From: Antedon mediterranea
Taxonomy: Eukaryota; Animalia; Echinodermata
Direction of reading: 5' to 3'
Length of the DNA stretch: 64,000 bases
NCBI RefSeq assembly: GCF_964355755.1
Contig: NC_092673.1
Coordinates: 14,976,948-15,040,947 of the forward strand
Part shown: piece by piece, positions 1-12,900 of the stretch
Layout of the letters: every line of letters starts with the position of its first letter
Position numbering within the stretch: the first letter of the stretch is position 1
The notes under the pieces: generated by a model
Seen by the model: only the letters and a program-made list of their open reading frames with translations
Database searches by the model: none
Told to the model about the DNA's origin: nothing
Translations under genes and position numbers: made by a program

Positions 1-716
1 CTAATGTATATATTTTATCGCATCAATGCTGGTGACAATATGAAGATTAATAAAATATCTACTGGATTCGTGTAATTGTATAGATGGGGAACTAGCTCAG
101 ATGGTAGAGCGCTAACTTCGCATTTGAGAGGTACCGGGATAAATGCCCGGGTTCTCCAATAATGTTGGTTAAAGTTTATTTTCGTTATCGTTACATTTTT
201 TTGATGAGATTTTTAACTAATGTATATATTTCATCGTAATAATACTGGTGACAATATGAACAGTAACAAAATAGCTACAGGATTCGTGTAATTGTATAGA
301 TAGGGAACTAGCTCAGATGGTAGAGCGCTCGCTTTGCATGTGAGAGGTACCGAGATAAATGCCCGGGTTCTCCAATAATGTTGGTTAAAGTTTATTATCG
401 TTACCGTTACATTTTTTTGATGAGATTTTTAACTAATGTATATATTTTATCGCATCAATACTGGTGACAATATGAAGATTAATAAAATATCTACTGGATT
501 CGTGTAATTGTATAGATGGGGAACTAGCTCAGATGGTAGAGCGCTCGCTTAGCATGTGAGATAAACCGGGTTCTCCAATAATGTTGGTTAAAGTTTATTT
601 CCGGTACTGTCAAATTTTTTGAGATTTTAAACTACTGTATATATTTTATCGCATCAATACTGGTGACAATATGAAGATTAATAAAATATCTACTGGTTTC
701 GTGCATTTGTATATAT

Positions 717-789
717 GGGGAACTAGCTCAGATGGTAGAGCGCTCGCTTTGCATGTGAGAGGTACCGGGATCAATGCCCGGGTTCTCCA
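717..789 (+). tRNA. tRNA-Ala(TGC), representative intact copy of many in the array
   Basis: Full cloverleaf: acceptor GGGGAAC/GTTCTCC with G3:U70 and discriminator A73; D-stem GCTC/GAGC; anticodon stem CTCGC/GTGAG with loop TT-TGC-AT; T-stem CCGGG/CCCGG with loop ATCAATG. A-box TAGCTCAGATGG. Expression cannot be shown from sequence. Confidence 0.8.
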
Positions 790-1994
790 ATAATGTTGGT
801 TAAAGTTTATTACCGGTATTGTTACATTTTTGCCTGAGATTTTTAACTACTATATATATTTTATCGCAACAATACTGGTGAAAATATGAACAGTAATAAA
901 ATAGTTACTGGTTTTTTGTAATTCTACATACGGGGAACTAGCTCAGACGGTAGAGCGTTCGCTTAGCATATGAGAGGTACCGTGATCATGAATGCCCGGG
1001 TTCTCCAATAACGTTGGTTAAAGTTTATTTCCGTTACTGTTACATTTTTTGAGATTTTTAACTACTGTATATATATTTCATCGCAACAATACTGGTGACA
1101 ATATGAACAGTAACAAAATAGCTACTGGATTCGTGTAATTGTATAGATGGTGAACTAGCTCAGATGGTAGAGCGCTCGCTTCGCATGTGAGAGGTACCGG
1201 GATCAATGCCCGGGTTCTCCAATAATGTGTTCGGTACTGTCAAATTTTTTGAGATTTTAAACTACTGTATATATTTTATCGCATCAATACTGGTGACAAT
1301 ATGAACAGTAACAAAATAGCTACTGGATTCGTGTAATTGTATAGATGGGGAACTAGCTCAGATGGTAGAGCGCTCGCTTCGCATTTGAGAGGTACCGGGA
1401 TCAATGCCCGGGTTCTCCAGTAATGTTGGTTAAAGTTTATTATCGTTACCGTTACATTTTTTTGATGAGATTTTTAACTAATGTATTTATTTCATCGTAA
1501 TAATACTGGTGACAATATGAACAGTAACAAAATAGCTACTGGATTCGTGTAATTGTATAGATGGGGAACTAGCTCAGATGGTAGAGCGCTCACTTCGCAT
1601 TTGAGAGGTACCGGGATAAATGCCCGGGTTCTCCAATAATATTGGTTAAAGTTTATTATCGTTACCGTTACATTTTTTTGATGAGATTTTTAACTAATGT
1701 ATATATTTCATCGTCATAATACTGGTGACAATATGAACAGTAACAAAATAGCTACAGGATTCGTGTAATTGTATAGATGGGGAACTAGCTCAGATGGTAG
1801 AGCGCTCGCTTTGCATGTGAGAGGTACCGGGATCAATGCCCGGGTTCTCCAATAATGTTGGTTAAAGTTTATTACCGGTACTGTTACATTTTTTTATGAG
1901 ATTTTTAACTACTATATATATTTTATCGCAACAATACTGGTGACAATATGAAAAATAACAAAATAGCTACTGGATTCGTGTAATTGTATAGATG

Positions 1995-2054
1995 GGGAAC
2001 TAGCTCAGATGGTAGAGCGCTCGCTTAGCATGTGAGATGTACCGGGTTCTCCAA
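1995..2054 (+). pseudogene. T-arm-deleted tRNA-Ala(AGC) pseudogene variant (recurrent unit type)
   Basis: Reads GAGATGTACCGGGTTCTCCA: 13 nt lost between two CCGGG direct repeats, removing the B box. Recurs near 3.1k, 5.0k, 7.6k, 9.5k, 10.6k, 14.8k, 15.7k, 17.4k, 18.5k, 22.1k and 24.5k. Confidence 0.85.
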
Positions 2055-4549
2055 TAATGTTGGTTAAAGTTTATTTCCGGTACTGTCAATTTTTTTGAGA
2101 TTTTAAACTACTGTATATATTTTATCGCATCAATACTGGTGACAATATGAAGATTAATAAAATGTCTACTGGTTTCGTGCAATTGTATATATGGGGAACT
2201 AGCTCAGATGGTAGAGCGCTCGCTTTGCATGTGAGAGGTACCGGGATCAATGCCCGGGTTCTCCAATAGTGTTGGTTAAAGTTTATTACCGGTACTGTTA
2301 CATTTTTTTGCTGAGATTTTTAACTAAGGTATATATTTCATTGTAATAATACTGGTTACAATATGAACAGTAACAAAATAGCTACTGGATTCGTGTAATT
2401 GTATAGGTGGGGAACTAGCTCAGATGGTAGAGCGCTCGCTTTGCATGTGAGAGGTACCGGGATCAATGCCCGGGTTCTCCAGTAATGTTGGTTAAAGTTT
2501 ATTATCGTTACCGTTACATTTTTTTGATGAGATTTTTAACTAATGTATTTATTTCATCGTAATAATACTGGTGACAATATGAACAGTAACAAAATAGCTA
2601 CTGGATTCGTGTAATTGTATAGATGGGGAACTAGCTCAGATGGTAGAGCGCTCACTTCGCATTTGAGAGGTACCGGGATAAATGCCCGGGTTCTCCAATA
2701 ATATTGGTTAAAGTTTATTATCGTTACCGTTACATTTTTTTGATGAGATTTTTAACTAATGTATATATTTCATCGTCATAATACTGGTGACAATATGAAC
2801 AGTAACAAAATAGCTACAGCATTCGTGTAATTGTATAGATGGGGAACTAGCTCAGATGGTAGAGCGCTCGCTTTGCATGTGAGAGGTACCGGGATCAATG
2901 CCCGGGTTCTCCAATAACGTTGGTTAAAGTTTATTTCCGTTACCGTTACATTTTTTTTATGAGATTTTTAACTACTATATATATATTTTATCGCAACAAT
3001 ACTGGTGACAATATGAAAAATAACAAAATAGCTACTGGATTCGTGTAATTGTATAGATGGGGAACTAGCTCAGATGGTAGAGTGCTCGCTTAGCATGTGA
3101 GATGTACCGGGTTCTCCAATAATGTTGGTTAAAGTTTATTTCCGGTACTGTCAAATTTTTTGAGATTTTAAACTACTGTATATATTTTATCGCATCAATA
3201 CTGGTGACAATATGAAGATTAATAAAATATCTACTGGTTTCGTGATATTGTATATATGGGGAACTAGCTCAGATGGTAGAGCGCTCGCTTTGCATGTGAG
3301 AGGTACCGGGATCAATGCCCGGGTTCTCCAATAATGTTGGTTAAAGTTTATTACCGGTACTGTTACATTTTTTTGCTGAGATTTTTAACTAATGTATATA
3401 TTTCATTGTAATAATACTGGTTACAATATGAACAGTAAAAAAATAGCTACTGGATTCGTGTAATTGTATAGATGGGGAACTAGCTCAGATGGTAGAGCGC
3501 TCGCTTTGCATGTGAGAGGTACCGGGATCAATGCCGGGGTTCTCCAATAATGTTGGTTAAAGTTTATTACCGGTACTGTTACATTTTTTTGATGAGATTT
3601 TTAACTACTAAATATATTTTATCGCAACAATACTGGTGACAATATGAACAGTAAAAAAATAGCTACTGGATTCGTGTAAGTGTATAGATGGGGAACTAGC
3701 TCAGATGGTAGAGCGCTCGCTTAGCATGTGAGAGGTACCGGGATCAACGCCCGGGTTCTCCAATAATGTTGGCTAAAGTTTATTTCCGGTACTGTAAAAT
3801 TTTTTGAGATTTTAAACTACTGTATATATTTTATCGCATCAATACTGGTGACAATAATGAAGATTAATAAAATATCTACTGGTTTCGTGCAATTGTATAT
3901 ATTGGGAAGTAGCTCAGATGGTAGAGCGCTCGCTTCGCATTTGAGAGGTACCGGGATAAATGCCCGGGTTCTCCAATAATGTTGGTTAAAGTTTATTACC
4001 GGTACTGTTACATTTTTTTGATGAGATTTTTAACTACTATATATATTTTATCGCAACAATACTGGTGACAATATGAAGATTAATAAAATATCTACTGGTT
4101 TCGTGCAAATGTAACTATGGGGAACTAGCTCAGATGGTAGAGCGCTCGTTTCGCATGTGAGAGGTACCGGGATCAATGCCCGGGTTCTCCAATAATGTTG
4201 GTTAAAGTTTATTACCGGTACTGTTACATTTTTTTGATGAGATTTTTAACTAATGTATTTATTTCATCGTAATAATACTGGTGACAATATGAACAGTAAC
4301 AAAATAGCTACAGGATTCGTGTAATTGTATAGATGGGGAACTAGCTCAGATGGTAGAGCGCTCGCTTCGCATGTGAGAGGTACCGGGATCAACGCCCGGG
4401 TTCTCCAATATGTTGGTTAAAGTTGATTATCGGTACCGTTACATTTTTTTGATGAGATTTTTAAATAATGTATATATTTCATCGTAATAATACTGGTGAC
4501 AATATGAACAGTAACAAAATAGCTACTGGATTCGTGTAATTGTATAGAT

Positions 4550-4622
4550 GGGGAACTAGCTCAGATGGTAGAGCGCTCGCTTAGCATGTGAGAGGTACCG
4601 GGATCAATGCCCGGGTTCTCCA
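4550..4622 (+). tRNA. tRNA-Ala(AGC), representative intact copy
   Basis: Same body with anticodon loop TT-AGC-AT. Closely resembles the conserved metazoan tRNA-Ala(AGC), including the A54-type T-loop (GGATC(G/A)ATGCC). Confidence 0.82.
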
Positions 4623-6899
4623 ATAATGTTGGTTATAGTTTATTACAGGTATTGTTACATTTTTTTGCTGAGATTTTTAACTAATGTATATATTTCATTG
4701 TAATAATACTAGTTACAATATGAACAGTAACAAAATAGCTACTGGATTCGTGTAATTGTATAGATGGGGAACTAGCTCAGATGGTAGAGCGCTCGCTTTG
4801 CATGTGAGAGGTACCGGGATCAATGCCGGGGTTCTCCAATAATGTTGGTTAAAGTTTATTACCGGTACTGTTACATTTTTTTGATGAGATTTTTAACTAC
4901 TAAATATATTTTATCGCAACAATACTGGTGACAATATGAACAGTAACAAAATAGCTACTGGATTCGTGTAATTGTATAGATGGGGAACTAGCTCAGATGG
5001 TAGAGCGCTCGCTTAGCATGTGAGATGTACCGGGTTCTCCAATAATGTTGGTTAAAGTTTATTTCCGGTACTGTCAAATTTTTTGAGATTTTAAACTACT
5101 GTATATATTTTATCGCATCAATACTGGTGACAATATGAAGATTAATAAAATATCTACTGGTTTCGTGCAATTGTATATATGGGGAACTAGCTCAGATGGT
5201 AGAGCGCTCGCTTTGCATGTGAGAGGTACCGGGATCAATGCCCGGATTCTCCAATAATGTTGGTTAAAGTTTATTACCGGTATTGTTACATTTTTTTGCT
5301 GAGATTTTTAACTAATGTATATATTTCATTGTAATAATACTGGTTACAATATGAACAGTAACAAAATAGCTACTGGATTCGTGTAATTGTATAGATGGGG
5401 AACTAGCTCAGATGGTAGAGCGCTCGCTTTGCATGTGAGAGGTACCGGGATCAATGCCGGGGTTCTCCAATAATGTTGGTTAAAGTTTATTACCGGTACT
5501 GTTACATTTTTTGATGTGATTTTTAACTACTAAATATATTTTATCGCAACAATACTGGTGACAATATGAACAGTAACAAAATAGCTACTGGATTCGTGTA
5601 ATAGTATAGATGGGGAACTAGCTCAGATGGTAGAGCGCTCGCTTAGCATGTGAGAGGTACCGGGATCAATGCCCGGGTTCTCCAATAATGTTGGTTAAAG
5701 TTTATTTCCGGTACTGTAAAATTTTTTGAGATTTTAAACTACTGTATATATTTTATCGCATCAATACTGGTGACAATAATCAAGATTAATAAAATATCTA
5801 CTGGTTTCGTGCAATTGTATATATTGGGAAGTAGCTCAGATGGTAGAGCACTCGCTTCGCATTTGAGAGGTGCCGGAATAAATGCCAGGGTTCTCCAGTA
5901 ATGTTGGTTAAAGTTTATTATCGTTACCGTTACATTTTTTTTGATGAGATTTTTAACTAATGTATTTATTTCATCGTAATAATACTGGTGACAATATGAA
6001 CAGTAACAAAATAGCTACTGGATTCGTGTAATTGTATAGATGGGGAACTAGCTCAGATGGTAGAGCGCTCGCTTTGCATGTGAGAGGTACCGGGATCAAT
6101 GCCCGGGTTCTCCAATAATGTTGGTTAAAGTTTATTTTCGGTAATGTTACATTTTTGCCTGAGATGTTTAACTACTATATATATTTTATCGCAACAATAC
6201 TGGTGAAAATATGAACAGTAATAAAATAGTTACTGGTTTCTTGTAATTCTACATACGGGGAACTAGCTCAGACGGTAGAGCGTTCGCTTAGCATATGAGA
6301 GGTACCGTGATCATGAATGCCCGGGTTCTCCAATAACGTTGGTTAAAGTTTATTTCCGTTACTGTTACATTTTTTGAGATTTTTAACTACTGTATATATT
6401 TCATCGCAACAATACTGGTGACAATATGAACAATAACAAAATAGCTACTGGATTCGTGTAATTGTATAGACGGGGAACTAGCTCAGATGGTAGAGCGCTC
6501 GCTTTGCATGTGAGAGGTACCGGGATCAATGCCCGGGTTCTCCAATAATGTTGGTTAGAGTTTATTTTCGGTAATGTTACATTTTTGCCTGAGATTTTTA
6601 ACTACTATATATATTTTATCGCAACAATACTGGTGAAAATATGAACAGTAATAATAGTTACTGGTTTCTTGTAATTCTACATACGGGGAACTAGCTCAGA
6701 CGGTAGAGCGTTCGCTTAGCATATGAGAGGTACCGTGATCATGAATGCCCGGGTTCTCCAATAACGTTGGTTAAAGTTTATTTCCGTTACTGTTACATTT
6801 TTTGAGATTTTTAACTACTGTATATATTTCATCGCAACAATACTGGTGACAATATGAACAGTAACAAAATAGCTACTGGATTCGTGTAATTGTATAGAT

Positions 6900-6972
6900 G
6901 GGGAACTAGCTCAGATGGTAGAGCGCTCGCTTCGCATGTGAGAGGTACCGGGATCAATGCCCGGGTTCTCCA
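6900..6972 (+). tRNA. tRNA-Ala(CGC), representative intact copy
   Basis: Same body with anticodon loop TT-CGC-AT; all four stems pair. Confidence 0.78.
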
Positions 6973-9900
6973 ATATGTTGGTTAAAGTTTATTATCGGTA
7001 CCGTTACATTTTTTTGATGAGATTTTTAAATAATGTATATATTTCATCGTAATAATACTGGTGACAATATGAACAGTAACAAAATAGCTACTGGATTCGT
7101 GTAATTGTATAGATGGGGAACTAGCTCAGATGGTAGAGCGCTCGCTTAGCATTTGAGAGGTACCGGGATCAATGCCCGGGTTCTCCAATAATGTTGGTTA
7201 AAGTTTATTACTGGTATTGTTTCATTTTTTTGCTGAGATTTTTAACTAATGTATATATTTCATTGTAATAATACTAGTTATAATATGAACAGTAACAAAA
7301 TAGCTACTGGATTCGTGTAATTGTATAGATGGGGAACTAGCTCAGATGGTAGAGCGCTCGCTTTGCATGTGAGAGGTACCGGGATCAATGCCGGGGTTCT
7401 CCAATAATGTTGGTTAAAGTTTATTACCGGTACTGTTACATTTTTTTGATGAGATTTTTAACTACTAAATATATTTTATCGCAACAATACTGGTGACAAT
7501 ATGAACAGTAACAAAATAGCTACTGGATTCGTGTAATTGTATAGATGGGGAACTAGCTCAGATGGTAGAGCGCTCGCTTAGCATGTGAGATGTACCGGGT
7601 TCTCCAATAATGTTGGTTAAAGTTTATTTCCGGTACTGTCAAATTTTTTGAGATTTTTAACTACTGTATATATTTCATCGCAACAATACTGGTGACAATA
7701 TGAACAGTAACAAAATAGCTACTGGATTCGTGTAATTGTATAGATGGGGAACTAGCTCAGATGGTAGAGCGCTCGCTTCGCATGTGAGAGGTACCGGGAT
7801 CAATGCCCGGGTTCTCCAATAAGTTGGTTAAAGTTTATTATCGGTACCGTTACATTTTTTTGATGAGATTTTTAAATAATGTATATATTTCATCGTAATA
7901 ATACTGGTGACAATATGAACAGTAACAAAATAGCTACTGGATTCGTGTAATTGTATAGATGGGGAACTAGCTCAGATGGTAGAGCGCTCGCTTAGCATTT
8001 GAGAGGTACCGGGATCAATGCCCGGGTTCTCCAATAATGTTGGTTAAAGTTTATTACTGGTATTGTTTCATTTTTTTGCTGAGATTTTTAACTAATGTAT
8101 ATATTTCATTGTAATAATACTAGTTATAATATGAACAGTAACAAAATAGCTACTGGATTCGTGTAATTGTATAGATGGGGAACTAGCTCAGATGGTAGAG
8201 CGCTCGCTTTGCATGTGAGAGGTACCGGGATCAATGCCGAGGTTCTCCAATAATGTTGGTTAAAGTTTATTACCGGTACTGTTACATTTTTTTGATGAGA
8301 TTTTTAACTACTAAATATATTTTATCGCAACAATACTGGTGACAATATGAACAGTAACAAAATAGCTACTGGATTCGTGTAATTGTATAGATGGGGAACT
8401 AGCTCAGATGGTAGAGCGCTCGCTTAGCATGTGAGAGGTACCGGGAACAATGCCCGGGTTCTCCAATAATGTTGGTTAAAGTTTATTTCCGGTACTGTAA
8501 AATCTTTTGAGATTTTAAAATACTGTATATATTTTATCGCATCAATACTGGTGACAATAATGAAGATTAATAAAATATCTACTGGTTTCGTGCAATTGTA
8601 TATATTGGGAAGTAGCTCAGATGGTAGAGCGCTCCCTTCGCATTTGAGAGGTACCGGGATAAATGCCCGGGTTCTCCAGTAATGTTTGTTAAAGTTTATT
8701 ATCGTTACCGTTACATTTTTTTGATGAGATTTTTAACTAATGTATTTATTTCATCGTAATAATACTGGTGACAATATGAACAGTAACAAAATAGCTACTG
8801 GATTCGTGTAATTGTATAGATGGGGAACTAGCTCAGATGGTAGTGCGCTCGCTTTGCATGTGAGAGGTACCGGGATCAATGCCCGGGTTCTCCAATAATG
8901 TTGGTTAAAGTTTATTTTCGGTAATGTTACATTTTTGCCTGAGATTTTTAACTACTATATATATTTTATCGCAACAATACTGGTGAAAATATGAACAGTA
9001 ATAAAATAGTTACTGGTTTCTTGTAATTCTACATACCCCGGGGAACTAGCTCAGACGGTAGAGCGTTCGCTTAGCATATGAGAGGTACCGTGATCATGAA
9101 TGCCCGGGTTCTCCAATAACGTTGGTTAAAGTTTATTTCCGTTACTGTTACATTTTTTCAGATTTTTAACTACTGTATATATTTCATCGCAACAATACTG
9201 GTGACAATATGAACAGTAACAAAATAGCTACTGGATTCGTGTAATTGTATAGATGGGGAACTAGCTCAGATGGTAGAGCGCTCGCTTTGCATGTGAGAGG
9301 TACCGGGATCAATGCCGGGGTTCTCCAATAATGTTGGTTAAAGTTTATTACCGGTACTGTTACATTTTTTTGATGAGATTTTTAACTACTAAATATATTT
9401 TATCGCAACAATACTGGTGACAATATGAACAGTAACAAAATAGCTACTGGATTCGTGTAATTGTATAGATGGGGAACTAGCTCAGATGGTAGAGCGCTCG
9501 CTTAGCATGTGAGATGTACCGGGTTCTCCAATAATGTTGGTTAAAGTTTATTTCCGGTACTGTCAAATTTTTTGAGATTTTAAACTACTGTATATATTTT
9601 ATCGCATCAATACTGGTGACAATATGAAGATTAATAAAATATCTACTGGTTTCGTGCAATTGTATATATTGGGAACTAGCTCAGATGGTAGAGCGCTCGC
9701 TTTGCATGTGAGAGGTACCGGGATCAATGCCCGGGTTCTCCAATAATGTTGGTTAAAGTTTCTTACCGGTATTGTTACATTTTTTTGCTGAGATTTTTAA
9801 CTAATGTATATATTTCATTGTAATAATACTGGTTACAATATGAACAGTAACAAAATAGCTACTGGATTCGTGTAATTGTATAGATGGGGAACTAGCTCAG

Positions 9901-12900
9901 ATGGTAGAGCGCTCGCTTTGCATGTGAGAGGTACTGGGATCAATGCCGGGGTTCTCCAATAATGTTGGTTAAAGTTTATTACCGGTACTGTTACATTTTT
10001 TGATGTGATTTTTAACTACTAAATATATTTTATCGCAACAATACTGGTGAAAATATGAACATTAATAAAATAGTTACTGGTTTCTTGTAATTCTACATAC
10101 GGGGAACTAGCTCAGACGGTAGAGCGTTCGCTTAGCATATGAGAGGTACCGTGATCATGAATGCCCGGGTTCTCCAATAACGTTGGTTAAAGTTTATTTC
10201 CGTTACTGTTACATTTTTTCAGATTTTTAACTACTGTATATATTTCATCGCAACAATACTGGTGACAATATGAACAGTAACAAAATAGCTACTGGATTCG
10301 TGTAATTGTATAGATGGGGAACTAGCTCAGATGGTAGAGCGCTCGCTTTGCATGTGAGAGGTACCGGGATCAATGCCGGGGTTCTCCAATAATGTTGGTT
10401 AAAGTTTATTACCGGTACTGTTACATTTTTTGATGAGATTTTTAACTACTAAATATATTTTATCGCAACAATACTGGTGACAATATGAACAGTAACAAAA
10501 TAGCTACTGGATTCGTGTAATTGTATAGATGGGGAACTAGCTCAGATGGTAGAGCGCTCGCTTAGCATGTGAGATGTACCGGGTTCTCCAATAATGTTGG
10601 TTAAAGTTTATTTCCGGTACTGTCAAATTTTTTGAGATTTTAAACTACTGTATATATTTTATCGCATCAATACTGGTGACAATATGAAGATTAATAAAAT
10701 ATCTACTGGTTTCGTGCAATTGTATATATGGGGAACTAGCTCAGATGGTAGAGCGCTCGCTTTGCATGTGAGAGGTACCGGGATCAATGCCCGGGTTCTC
10801 CAATAATGTTGGTTAAAGTTTATTACCGGTATTGTTACATTTTTTTGCTGAGATTTTTAACTAATGTATATATTTCATTGTAATAATACTGGTTACAATA
10901 TGAACAGTAACAAAATAGCTACTGGATTCGTGTAATTGTATAGATGGGGAACTAGCTCAGATGGTAGAGCACTCGCTTTGCATGTGAGAGGTACCGCGAT
11001 CAATGCCGGGGTTCTCCAATAATGGTGGTTAAAGTTTATTACCGGTACTGTTACATTTTTTGATGTGATTTTTAACTACTAAATATATTTTATCGCAACA
11101 ATACTGGTGACAATATGAAGAGTAACAAAATAGCTACTGGATTCGTGTAATAGTATAGATGGGGAACTAGCTCAGATGGTAGAGCGCTCGCTTAGCATGT
11201 GAGAGGTACCGGGATCAATGCCCGGGTTCTCCAATAATGTTGGTTAAAGTTTATTTCCGGTACTGTAAAATTTTTTGAGATTTTAAACTACTGTATATAT
11301 TTTATCGCATCAATACTGGTGACAATAATCAAGATTAATAAAATATCTACTGGTTTCGTGCAATTGTATATATTGGGAAGTAGCTCAGATGGTAGAGCGC
11401 TCGCTTCGCATTTGAGAGGTGCCGGGATAAATGCCAGGGTTCTCCAGTAATGTTGGTTAAAGTTTATTATCGTTACCGTTACATTTTTTTTGATGAGATT
11501 TTTAACTAATGTATTTATTTCATCGTAATAATACTGGTGACAATATGAACAGTAACAAAATAGCTACTGGATTCGTGTAATTGTATAGATGGGGAACTAG
11601 CTCAGATGGTAGAGCGCTCGCTTTGCATGTGAGAGGTACCGGGATCAATGCCCGGGTTCTCCAATAATGTTGGTTAAAGTTTATTTTCGGTAATGTTACA
11701 TTTTTGCCTGAGATTTTTAACTACTATATATATTTTATCGCAACAATACTGGTGAAAATATGAACAGTAATAAAATAGTTACTGGTTTCTTGTAATTCTA
11801 CATACGGGGAACTAGCTCAGACGGTAGAGCGTTCGCTTAGCATATGAGAGGTACCGTGATCATGAATGCCCGGGTTCTCCAATAACGTTGGTTAAAGTTT
11901 ATTTCCGTTACTGTTACATTTTTTGAGATTTTTAACTACTGTATATATTTCATCGCAACAATACTGGTGACAATATGAACAATAACAAAATAGCTACTGG
12001 ATTCGTGTAATTGTATAGACGGGGAACTAGCTCAGAAGGTAGAGCGCTCGCTTTGCATGTGAGAGGCACCGGGATCAATGCCCGGGTTCTCCAATAATGT
12101 TGGTTAGAGTTTATTTTCGGTAATGTTACATTTTTGCCTGAGATTTTTAACTACTATATATATTTTATCGCAACAATACTGGTGAAAATATGAACAGTAA
12201 TAATAGTTACTGGTTTCTTGTAATTCTAAATACGGGGAACTAGCTCAGACGGTAGAGCGTTCGCTTAGCATATGAGAGGTACCGTGATCATGAATGCCCG
12301 GGTTCTCCAATAACGTTGGTTAAAGTTTATTTCCGTTACTGTTACATTTTTTGAGATTTTTAACTACTGTATATATTTCATCGCAACAATACTGGTGACA
12401 ATATGAACAGTAACAAAATAGCTACTGGATTCGTGTAATTGTATAGATGGGGAACTAGCTCAGATGGTAGAGCGCTCGCTTCGCATGTGAGAGGTACCGG
12501 GATCAATGCCCGGGTCCTCCAATATGTTGGTTAAAGTTTATTATCGGTACCGTTACATTTTTTTGATGAGATTTTTAAATAATGTATATATTTCATCGTA
12601 ATAATACTGGTGACAATATGAACAGTAACAAAATAGCTACTGGATTCATGTAATTGTATAGATGGGGAACTAGCTCAGATGGTAGAGCGCTCGCTTAGCA
12701 TTAGAGAGGTACCGGGATCAATGCCCGGGTTCTCCAATAATGTTGGTTAAAGTTTATTACTGGTATTGTTTCATTTTTTTGCTGAGATTTTTAACTAATG
12801 TATATATTTCATTGTAATAATACTAGTTATAATATAAACAGTAACAAAATAGCTACTGGATTCGTGTAATTGTATAGATGGGGAACTAGCTCAGATGGTA

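Noticed and set aside
717-789. tRNA-derived SINE interpretation of the units
   Set aside because: Units are head-to-tail with complete 3' acceptor strands, and have no individual TSDs or A-tails.
9035-9043. CCC insertion making CCCCGGGG just before a tRNA
   Set aside because: Single small event explainable by slippage or consensus error; no TA duplication.
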